NCBI RefSeq assembly: GCF_006345805.1
Contig: NW_021827733.1
Location: 1 to 9,872 of the forward strand
Direction of reading: 5' to 3'
Length of the DNA: 9,872 bases
Source: Octopus sinensis
Lineage: Eukaryota
Under the pieces are notes generated by a model that was not told the origin of the DNA, made no database searches, and worked only from the letters and a program-made list of their open reading frames with translations. The translations under genes and the position numbers were made by a program. This document shows, in pieces, positions 1 to 8,436 of the stretch (its first letter is position 1; each line of letters begins with the position of its first letter).

Positions 1-190
1 CAGCAGAAGGTAATGGCGGACTTCTGCTGACTCTTTCACCACAACTTTCTCTTATTCTTTCCTGCTGCATCTTGCAGCTCACCTGCGACGGACCGTCGTC
101 CGTCCAGGTGCGGAAACTAGACCCCAAGGAAACCGGGAAACCGGCCCTAATGAGCCAGGCATGGCTCGAGAAGGAACAAACGAACAACCA
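1..190 (+). mobile_element. 3' half of a SINE (V-domain-like core, AAC-rich tail); 5' part lies upstream of the window
   Basis: CACCTGCGACGGACCGTCGTCCGTCCAGGTG (80-110) resembles, from memory, the V-SINE core CCTGCGATGGACTGGCG..TGTCCAGG. It is followed by GAAACCGGGAAACCGG, a terminal stem-loop GAGCCA-GGCA-TGGCTC (152-167) and a degenerate (AAC)n tail (175-190). Confidence 0.65.
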
Positions 191-210
191 ACATTTGGAG
201 GAGAAGGAAG

Positions 211-250
211 TGATGTCAACTTTATTACAATGATGTCAACTCTATTACAT
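211..250 (+). repeat. 20-bp tandem duplication (2 copies, 2 mismatches)
   Basis: TGATGTCAACTTTATTACAA (211-230) followed by TGATGTCAACTCTATTACAT (231-250). Confidence 0.9.
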
Positions 251-312
251 AACTGGTTGTTCATCTTGTTAATCCCTGAAGGACGGCAGGAAAAGTTTAC
301 CTCTGAGGGATT
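251..312 (-). mobile_element. Heavily decayed fragment of a tRNA-derived octopus-type (OR-like) SINE, lacking the B box
   Basis: AACTGGT...CCCTGAAGGACGGCAGGAAAAGTTTACCTCTGAGGGATT is collinear with the better copy at 3477-3540 (AACTGGTACTCATTTTATCAACTCCGAAAGTATAAAATGAAAAATCGCTCCCGGCGACATTT). Confidence 0.45.
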
Positions 313-445
313 AGTGAAAAAAAATGACTTTACAATATACGTCCATATTGTAGATAAATATGGTGGTTAAAATGTCTAGGAGAGAAATAATAGTCTTTAA
401 TCTAGGCAGAATACTTAGCGATGATGAGGAGAAGCTTTTTGTCAA

Positions 446-590
446 GATCATCGACCACACAACTAGGCTAGAATGCTGGAATGTTAGTTTATCTACCCGA
501 AGATATAACAGCCACATTTGACCCTGTTGGGATTTGAACTCAGAACGTAGACAAATACTGTAATGCATTTATTTATCAACGATTTTACGA
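446..590 (-). mobile_element. Decayed tRNA-derived SINE (octopus OR-like)
   Basis: Minus strand reads AAATGC...TACGTTCTGAGTTCAAATCCC with Pol III B box GTTCAAATC at 531-539. Plus-strand ATTTGAACTCAGAAC and TTTATCTACCCGAAG match the copy at 3418-3600. Confidence 0.7.
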
Positions 591-759
591 AACGACTAAA
601 TAGGAATCAAACTAGCGTTCTATTTCCAACGATCTTTCTATATTTCCTACTTTAATTTTCTCTATATCTCTCCAGTAATTCATATTTTACCTCTATTTTA
701 TTCTTCTTGTTACAGGTGATCTAATTCATGGTGTGCTTTTTCATCTTTTGTTTTTTTAA

Positions 760-1346
760 AGAAACATTTAACCATCTCTTCGTTTTCCAACAAATATTAT
801 TAGTTGAAGATATCTATGTGCTTTTCTTCAGTTGTGCTGTTTGTTTCTTCACATGTTAACTGCAGAAAATTTGTTCGCCTGAGTGGAATTTTCTTGTATA
901 ACGTTAAGAAATGTTCGCCCGCTTTTCGTTTTCTATATTCAATCTTTCTGACAACCTGAAGGAATGCTGATGCTGATTAAATTTTTCTTTAAATTTATGT
1001 TGAGTTAACCCAATATAATCTTTGGGCACTAAATTATCTGTTGTAAATGCTTTTATACAAAAAGCTTAAATTCAATCAAACGCTTTTATAAACCAAAGCA
1101 TAAAACTCTAGCATCCATATCTAATTCTATAGCTATTTCTTCAGGTTTGAAATTTATGGAAAAGTATGCGGTAACTAAATTATTTTAGAAGTTCAAATGA
1201 TAGTATTATATACTACCTACTTATATAAATATCCTACAAAGATTGGAGTTGTCGAGATGTATAAACACTTCGAATTATATTTTGATATGGCTTTTCTCAC
1301 TGGGTTAAACGGCTATATGTCAAAAGTTATAATTGGCTATTTTGCG
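760..1346 (-). mobile_element. Decayed Penelope-like retroelement: RT-endonuclease linker plus GIY-YIG endonuclease
   Basis: Minus-strand open stretch 1065-904 reads AFCIKAFTTDNLVPKDYIGLTQHKFKEKFNQHQHSFR..., with YIGLT at 1017-1003. This fits the PLE pattern VYKA..TT....YIGLT...FK.R...H..SF. Upstream (1346-1262), across two frameshifts, RKIANYNF/LTYSRL/VRKAISKYNSK fits the PLE linker KIFN.N..K.SYSC.PN....IS.HN.K. The boundary below about 950 is poorly defined. Confidence 0.7.
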
Positions 1347-1472
1347 AGAAACCTGCCAGAGATTTAAAAGCTAGAACATGCTAGTCTTTAAGCACTTTCT
1401 CAAAGAACGTGTCCCATCAATTTTATTTTTTTTGTGCAAATCACTCAATTTTCAAGTAGTTTTTATATATGA

Positions 1473-1832
1473 CTAGAGTATCGCCGGCGTTGCTGGTGTA
1501 AGGGAAATAACTATAAAGCATTTTAGAGAGTTATAGCCAAAAATAGCAAAAGTGAAAAAATGATGGTAAATTTTTTTTTTAGTTAAAAAAGGTAGAGTCG
1601 TCCCCTAAGACGTTGCGGTTTGTGTTTCTGATTCTCGACCCCTGTCGAATTTATCGTTTTTTCAGAACTGGGGGAAACTTTTCAAAATTTCGTGTTGCGC
1701 TTAGTTTGAATTATGACATTGGGCTATGTGTGTGTCAAGTTTCATCAGAATCGGTTTGCAAGCCGTGGTCAGAGTGAGGTACAAGCAAAACACACACAGA
1801 AACACGCACAGACAAACTGCCGTTTATATAGA
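1473..1832 (-). mobile_element. Non-autonomous Helitron (rolling-circle), 360 bp, both ends present
   Basis: On the minus strand it starts TC(TATATAAACG) at 1832, ends CTAG at 1473 and sits between A and T with no TSD. A GC-rich 7-bp hairpin (1482-1498, two G-T pairs) lies 5 nt before CTAG. It also has AAGTTTCATCAGAATCGG (1737-1754) and a CA-rich tract (1790-1815), as I recall for Lep1-like Helitrons. Confidence 0.8.
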
Positions 1833-2083
1833 TGATTTTCTATATCTTCTACTTTAAGAAACAAATAAATGTCTACTGCCTCATTATTCAGTTGAGTTTA
1901 CAGAGTATTTGAAATTAACCAAACAAGATGCGCAATCATTTCAAAGGATTCAGAAACGTAAAAACCTAACGAAATCGATACAAAACTGTCTAGCAATCTA
2001 TCATTATTTGTCTATACATCTATCAAGTTAGATAGCGAACGAAGTGTCTCTATATATATACCTAAGTATATTCATACTCAGTA

Positions 2084-2107
2084 GTGCGTGCGCGTGCACA
2101 CACACAC

Positions 2108-2179
<72 letters not shown>

Positions 2180-2182
2180 ACA
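2084..2182. repeat. (CA)n microsatellite with GTGCGTGCGC leader
   Basis: Directly visible. Strict purine/pyrimidine alternation runs from 2084 to 2172. Confidence 0.97.
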
Positions 2183-2186
2183 TGCA

Positions 2187-2297
2187 CAGGCGCACTGTCA
2201 CAGACGAGCAAATGCCAAAGCTCTTCTTCATATCCTGTTGGAGTACACCTACAGAGATGAGAGTTGTTGAATGGGGTTTCAGAATACGGTGTAATAT
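2187..2297 (-). mobile_element. Possible Tc1-like transposase DNA-binding (HTH) fragment
   Basis: Minus frame ILHRILKPHSTTLISVGVLQQDMKKSFGICSSVTVRL loosely fits the Tc1 HTH pattern L..DL....G..VS..TVR. Resemblance only. Confidence 0.25.
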
Positions 2298-2302
2298 CTC
2301 TC

Positions 2303-3061
2303 CGGCAGTGCTGTCGGGGACCCATTCGAGATGAGGTCTAGTGGCACGGTTCAAGAAACACCGAAGCGACCTTCCGGAAATGCAGTCAGAAACGACGAAA
2401 CCATTCAGCACGCATTCGTATACTGTTCAATTATTTCGGACCTGTGGGACTATATCGAACGGCTGCTCTCACGTGTGGGACATGTCCGGTTGTCAACCGA
2501 GTCTGTCGCAAATATTCCACCGCCACCTTCCTTTAACTAGGAAGGTAATGCAGTTTTCATCGTACTGGTGGCTATGGCGAAAGTATGTGTAGGGTGGACT
2601 CGTTTGAAAGGCTTAGAGACAAATACTTTCCTCTCAGGTCAACTTCTCATCAACTTTTACAAGTATTACTCGAAAAGGAAGGTGAGAGTAGAGAGGGAAG
2701 TTTTGTCGAATGAAAAGTTTAATAAAAGGTGGGTGAATGTAGCAAAGAAGGTGCGCATGAATGAAGGACCCACTTTGAGCATGGACCTAGAAAACAAAAA
2801 GAGAAAGGGTGTTTTGGTTTCATGTTTATTTTTCTGAGGTTACCTTAGTGTTTTCGTAGGTTTTCTTTCCACGGATAACCCTAGTCAGTGTTATATTTTC
2901 TCCCCCGTTGGGGAATTTCTATTGTTAAAACGTTACCTAGTTATCTCTTTGGGTGCACGTCCCCAAATTGATTGGTTTTGGTTTTCGATCTCTATTGATT
3001 GGTTTTGAAAAGAAAAATTCTACATTGTCTCCTCTGTGTTCGTCCCTGCGTGGCCCAATAA

Positions 3062-3062
<1 letters not shown>
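2303..3062 (+). mobile_element. 5'-truncated, pseudogenised L1/Tx1-clade LINE: ORF2 C-terminal zinc knuckle region, 3' UTR, AATAAA
   Basis: 2303-2389 reads RQCCRGPIRDEV*WHGSRNTEATFRKCSQ. After one extra A (2390) it continues NDETIQHAFVYCSIISDLWDYIERLL, giving (C>F)x2Cx8Hx4C. There is an in-frame stop at 2538-2540, then the same frame continues to TGA at 2835-2837. A T-rich 3' UTR follows, ending in AATAAA at 3057-3062. Confidence 0.8.

Positions 3063-3134
<72 letters not shown>
3063..3134. repeat. (TCTA)18 perfect tetranucleotide repeat
   Basis: Directly visible, abutting the LINE AATAAA. Confidence 0.98.
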
Positions 3135-3135
<1 letters not shown>

Positions 3136-3180
3136 ATTTTTATCTGCCTGTTTGTCTGTAACTGTTTCTTTCTGCTCTGT

Positions 3181-3272
3181 CATATACATATACACCGATA
3201 TGTATATAGATATACATAAAGTATATATATATATATACATCTGTATGTATATATACTTCTGTATGTATATAT
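3181..3272. repeat. Degenerate (TA)n/(TACA) tract
   Basis: Directly visible. Confidence 0.9.
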
Positions 3273-3416
3273 AGTTCTTGCACAAGGTTTAGAAAAACTG
3301 AAGGACCGTTGCAATAAGTGTGTGAATCTGAGAGGCGAACATGTTGCATAAAATCATAATTAACTGACCTCCTGTATTTTCATTTACTTCAAACAAGGAA
3401 TTTTCCAGCACCTACA
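3273..3416 (+). mobile_element. 3' end of a mariner DNA transposon: transposase C-terminus and decayed right TIR
   Basis: 3280-3351 reads AQGLEKLKDRCNKCVNLRGEHVA*, matching the mariner C-terminal consensus GI.KL..RW.KC....G.YVE*. About 40 nt later comes AAGGAATTTTCCAGCACC, resembling mariner TIR ends of the AACTTTTCAGCACCCC type. Confidence 0.8.
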
Positions 3417-3417
3417 C

Positions 3418-3600
3418 GCCACGTGGCCAGCAATTTCAGGGAAGTTTGTCAGTCGATTATATCTACCCCAGAACTCAACTGGTACTCATTTTATCAACTC
3501 CGAAAGTATAAAATGAAAAATCGCTCCCGGCGACATTTGAACTCGGAACCTAATGTTCGAAGAAACCCTGCTAAGCATTTTCTCCCCAAAACGGTAACCA
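3418..3600 (-). mobile_element. tRNA-derived SINE (octopus OR-like), near full length, diverged
   Basis: Minus strand reads AAAATGCTTAGCAGG...GGTTCCGAGTTCAAATGTCGCCGGG (B box at about 3533-3543), then GATAAAATGAGTACCAGTTGAGTTCTGGGGTAGATATAATCGAC and GAAATTGCTGGCC. Homologous to 446-590. Confidence 0.8.
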
Positions 3601-4085
3601 AATTTTGATTCAAAACATATTGGTCTCGATGGAACCGCAGAACCAAAGAAACCACCATGTAACCATATATTATACAAATCGATAAATTCTTTATTAATTA
3701 ATTATAATCCTTCTTGAAGCCATTACCTTATTACACCCAAAACACACCACTATCGACACAGATTTGTCAAACAAATTATATGTCGAGTGTTTACTATTTA
3801 ACGTCAAAACGCAAACTGGATTAGGCTCCCCTTCTTTCTCCTACAAAAATTGAAAGATATTCGATTTGCGGAACTTAATAGAAAAATAGTGAGCGTATAA
3901 TGAAAACTGTTTTATATACAAGATCTCGTTTAGATTCTATTAGACACTAATATATCAGTGTTTCTATGCGGAGTGATTACAGGTTTGTCTATATAAGTGT
4001 ATAAAACAATTTGTGATTTAGTCTAGTTTGCCGTTACTTCGGTACAAAGCTATGCGGATATCTACAACATGTGTCAGATTTTGAA

Positions 4086-4320
4086 TGTGTGTGCGTGAAT
4101 GCGTGCATACGCGCGTGTGAGTATGTTTGTGGAAGTACACATACACACACACACACACACATGTTGTATTATAATATATATATAATATATATATATATTA
4201 TATTATATATATATATATATGCATACATGCCTACATATATGTGTGCGTGTGTGTGTGTATGTGTGTGTGTGCATCTTTGAATACACAGACATATGTGTAT
4301 ATGTATGTATATATATATGT

Positions 4321-4383
<63 letters not shown>

Positions 4384-4523
4384 CACACATATATATATAT
4401 ATATATACACACACATTTACATTCACATGTATATGTATGGGCATGCATACATGTGTGTGCGTGTACATATAAGTATATGTGTTTATATACATGTGTATAG
4501 ATGTGTATACATGCGTACTTACA

Positions 4524-4561
<38 letters not shown>

Positions 4562-4597
4562 CATACACATACATATACTAACACATATACATATGCA
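4086..4597. repeat. Compound (TG)/(CA)/(TA) microsatellite block
   Basis: Directly visible. Source of the YI/HT/CV-rich pseudo-ORFs. Confidence 0.97.
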
Positions 4598-5010
4598 CCT
4601 ACTGAGTGAGATTATTTTATTTCAGATATTTATATATTATTACGATTATTATTTGTAAATACTAGATATATATCACTGTCTCTGTTTTGCATTCCAGAAA
4701 TTGCTTCTCTCAATATATATTAAGATCAATTAGGAATAGTATATTTGAAACAAAACAGATTTCAGCGCTGTAATTGCCTTGATATCGCCATAGTTTTCTT
4801 TCTTGAAATATCGTTAAGTTGACTGGCATTTCTCTTGCGTCAAGCATTGTTTCTTACAAAGACACAAACACAGCCGTACAATGTAAAATTCATTGTGACC
4901 TAATGACCGATTCCGTTTATGTACAGCGAAGAATAAGAAGACAAAAAATGCAAAACATATAAGTACGAATCTTTATGTATGTTTGTATGTTATTATTACC
5001 ATTGCTTCTA

Positions 5011-5013
<3 letters not shown>

Positions 5014-5067
<54 letters not shown>
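5014..5067. repeat. (TTA)n trinucleotide repeat, about 18 units
   Basis: Directly visible. Confidence 0.97.
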
Positions 5068-5159
5068 GCGTTCTTGTTTTTGTTGTTGTCGTCATCATTT
5101 TCGTTATTGTGTTCCCATCACATTTAGCTAGGCGCTCTTCCACATCTTTCGTCTTCTTC

Positions 5160-5174
5160 TGTGTGTGTGTATAC

Positions 5175-5221
<47 letters not shown>

Positions 5222-5243
5222 TATATATATCATCTTATATATA

Positions 5244-5298
<55 letters not shown>

Positions 5299-5440
5299 GT
5301 ATGTATTTATGTATGTATACATTCATTTGTACTTAATATATGTCTATACAAGTGACACACGCACATATAATATATATGTATATATATATATATATGTGTG
5401 TATGTGTATTTGTGCCCGACTGTGTGTATGGTTGTGTGTG
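5160..5440. repeat. Compound (TG)/(TA)/(CA) microsatellite block
   Basis: Directly visible. Confidence 0.95.
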
Positions 5441-5501
5441 GATGCGAGGTATTGTTTACTTTTATATACGTAAAAAAATGCAACAGCAAAGATGCTGATA
5501 T

Positions 5502-5502
<1 letters not shown>

Positions 5503-5562
<60 letters not shown>

Positions 5563-5564
5563 GG

Positions 5565-5618
<54 letters not shown>

Positions 5619-5652
5619 CGATCATGATCATGACCATAATGATGGTCACAAT
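5503..5652. repeat. (GAT)15(GGT)6(GAT)17 followed by degenerate GAC/CAT units
   Basis: Directly visible. GGT block at 5548-5565. Confidence 0.97.
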
Positions 5653-5877
5653 GATGCTCAGGAATTCTTCTCGCCATATTTTTCTTCGAAGGTTTTCCTA
5701 CCTCTTTTTAATTCTCCTTTTTTATCCTTTTTTGCCGTCTTTGCATGTATCTGTCAAACTGTGTATGAGTGTTTTCGTGTGCGTATCTGTGTAGATGTTT
5801 ACATACGCGTGTGTATAACTTCAGTACTAATTGTGTTTTTGCGGTGATCATTTCCATAATTTTTCCAGTAGAAGTAC

Positions 5878-5887
5878 TAGTAGTAGC

Positions 5888-5927
<40 letters not shown>

Positions 5928-5990
5928 TAGTAGTAGTAGTATGAGAAGGAGGAGGAGGCGGAGGGGGGAAGAGGAGGATTGGAAGGGTGA
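5878..5990. repeat. (TAG)n repeat followed by GGA-rich purine tract
   Basis: TAG units 5878-5940, GGA/GAG-rich tract 5943-5990. Confidence 0.93.
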
Positions 5991-6097
5991 GTAGAAGGTG
6001 TTCTTTTCAGTGTAGTTTCTGATGGTGATGTCTTTATACTTATATGATTTCTTTGCCTCTCGATTTCTCTTTTCTGTTTGGCATAATGCCTGCATCA

Positions 6098-6123
6098 GTT
6101 GCTGCAGCTGCTGTTGCTGCTGC

Positions 6124-6166
<43 letters not shown>

Positions 6167-6205
6167 AATGATGATGGTGTTGGTGGTGATGATGATGATG
6201 ATGAT
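6098..6205. repeat. (GCT)n then (GAT)n with GGT/GTT interruption
   Basis: GCT-like units 6098-6124, GAT units 6125-6205, GGT-GTT-GGT-GGT at 6176-6187. Confidence 0.95.
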
Positions 6206-6339
6206 GCACGGAAATTTTGCAGCTGATTCCTCATCAGTCAATATCAGAGACACCCTAGTGGCTCCACGTTTTTAACATCGATACAACTCCATTTTGTAAG
6301 CGCTAGAGCAGGAAAGTCTCGGGAATAGCTAACAAACGT

Positions 6340-6475
6340 ATACGACAAGGACAAAAACAAACACGACAAACTAAAATAATATAACAATTGTACGTATACA
6401 ACAACAACAACAACAGCAATAATAATATCAATAATACAAATACAACAGCGAAAGAATAATTATACATCTACAACA
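6340..6475. repeat. Degenerate (AAC)/(AAT) low-complexity tract
   Basis: Directly visible. Confidence 0.8.
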
Positions 6476-6872
6476 GAAAAAGGTCTTTCGGTAGTTAAAT
6501 GTACTTAGTATTAATATTTTAGAGGAAATCAGAAATTTGATCTAGATCTCGCCTTCGTAGGTGGTTTTGTTTCTACTAAATTCCACACATCTAAAACATT
6601 AGAATAAGAGACAGAACATTGACTCATCCACACAAATACACATATATATATCGAATGAAATAAGCTCTTTACGCAATACATTCTCTTTAGTGACTCTTTA
6701 TATGACTAGCGAGTGGCTTTTAATAGCACAGTTGCTCTGTATTCTGTGGTCAAATAGAGCAACCACAATTAATGACAGACAGATACATAGCGTTTAGAAG
6801 AGAATCTATCACATGCCTCCCTATGTAGTGACCATGACTATGAAACTCCGAGTAGCAAAACCAACTGTCGTC

Positions 6873-6942
<70 letters not shown>

Positions 6943-7123
6943 CATATATATATATATCGACATATATATATTACATATATATACCTATAATATACAAACA
7001 TAATATATATATACATATCTATACATACATATATATATGCATATATATATATATATATATATACATATACATACATACATACATATATATATACATATAT
7101 ATATACATATATATGCATACATG

Positions 7124-7157
<34 letters not shown>

Positions 7158-7165
7158 GCACATAC
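6873..7165. repeat. Long interrupted (TA)n/(TACA)n tract
   Basis: Directly visible. Confidence 0.97.
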
Positions 7166-7290
7166 AGCAACAGTCATATGAATTTGTGTAAGGTTGGGGA
7201 AAAAGAGGATGATGGAAAAAGTTAAGTTGTGCATAGAATCTCATCAACTGTATTTCAGAAACAAAACAGATAAAAATGGCTACATGAAGT

Positions 7291-7585
7291 GATATATATA
7301 TAAATGTGTGTGTGTGTGTGTGTGTGTGTATGTATATGTATATATAAATATATTAGATATTGTGAGTGTGTTTGATGCCTTATTTATATGTTTGCACATG
7401 TGCATTTATACAGGCACGGCACACACACACACCCGCACAACACTATACAACACACACAAACACCACACACACACACACACATATATTATAGATATATATA
7501 TATATATATATATTTATATACATATAAATACATATATATGTGTGTATGTATATTTCTTTCTACGCTTACGTGTGTGTATATGTAC
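7291..7585. repeat. Compound (TA)/(TG)/(CA) microsatellite block
   Basis: TG run at about 7305-7330, CA-rich 7420-7481, TA-rich 7482-7540. Confidence 0.9.
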
Positions 7586-7597
7586 GTAAGAGTGAAT

Positions 7598-7690
<93 letters not shown>

Positions 7691-7720
7691 ATAGATAGAG
7701 AGAGAGAGGGGGGAGAGAGA
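7598..7720. repeat. (GATA)23 followed by (GA)n
   Basis: GATA units 7598-7689 are perfect, then a GA/G-rich tract. Confidence 0.97.
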
Positions 7721-8119
7721 TTGTGTTATGTTTCTTTCTCTTCTGCTTTTATCGCTCTTATCTTCGTTGCATTGATTTATAGACAGGGATAGGGAGATAT
7801 AAAAAAAGGAGAAAAGCGAACGAATAAAACAACCCAATAAGTATACAAAACCAAACGAGATAAAACAAAAACAAGATACACCAAAAACAAATAACAATCA
7901 ACCAATACTAACAAAAACAAAATAAGCCACAAAGTTTGCAATAACAAATGTTGTAATATCTAAAGCGTAAGACGTGAACGGCAGCCATTTTAATCAAATT
8001 GGCATAGGAGAATATCTTTGCTTAAAATTGGATGGCTATGCGATGTGAAGCCGGTTTGACAGCAGTGTTAACCTTAAAACTCGCTGCAGGTCGCTGTAAG
8101 ATGACCTTCCGTTTCCAAG

Positions 8120-8206
8120 GCCTCGTTCGATAGAGGAACTGGGGTTGATTTAAATGCGCTGAAAACGCCAACAATCCTCTCTCGGCTCTTAGAATTTGAT
8201 AAGATC
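8120..8206 (+). other. Candidate 87-nt internal coding exon (phase 0-0), ASFDRGTGVDLNALKTPTILSRLLEFDKI
   Basis: Acceptor CCTTCCGTTTCCAAG|G (AG at 8118-8119) and donor ATC|GTAAGT (8207-8212). One frame is open, with stops just outside on both sides (8102-8104 and 8213-8215). Protein not recognised. Confidence 0.3.
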
Positions 8207-8270
8207 GTAAGTTAGCTCTGAGTCGTTTCCAAACTATAAACCAGCGTTGTGGGCTTGCCAAGTGAGTGAA

Positions 8271-8404
8271 GACGACGGCGATGCAGATGGTGACGATAAC
8301 GAACATCGAAGACGATGACGATGACGATGACGACGTCGACGACGACGACGACGGTGAAGATGACAAGTTGATGATGACAACGACGACGATGATGAAATGA
8401 TGAC

Positions 8405-8436
<32 letters not shown>

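Noticed and set aside
146-172. CTAATGA-GCCA GGCA TGGC-TCGAGA looked like a hammerhead ribozyme core
   Set aside because: The core needs CUGAnGA before stem II and GAAA right after it. Here it is CUAAUGA and UCGA, and no stems I/III with a cleavage triplet are evident.
79-568. ORFs 79-264, 161-370 and 311-568
   Set aside because: They run across SINE sequence and a tandem duplication, with no recognisable protein motif.
2331-2837. ORFs 2331-2540 and 2568-2837 as independent genes
   Set aside because: They are in the same frame, separated by one nonsense codon, and are pieces of the LINE ORF2 C-terminus.
3423-3677. ORFs 3423-3608 and 3486-3677
   Set aside because: They overlap a decayed SINE and are chance open frames.
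4676-4780. Strong-looking splice acceptor CTGTCTCTGTTTTGCATTCCAG
   Set aside because: No convincing downstream donor, and all frames close within about 25 codons.
6696-6720. TATATGACTAG identical to 1466-1476, suggesting a second Helitron end
   Set aside because: No GC-rich hairpin next to the CTAG and no matching 5' end; an 11-bp AT-rich match is unremarkable.
5667-7282. Several YY1-like motifs (CGCCATATT at 5667, AAAATGGC near 7274)
   Set aside because: Short motifs that recur throughout AT-rich DNA, with no promoter context.
3063-7689. (TCTA)18 and (GATA)23 are reverse complements and could pair like TIRs
   Set aside because: Both are common microsatellites 4.5 kb apart, with no shared unique flanks or TSD.
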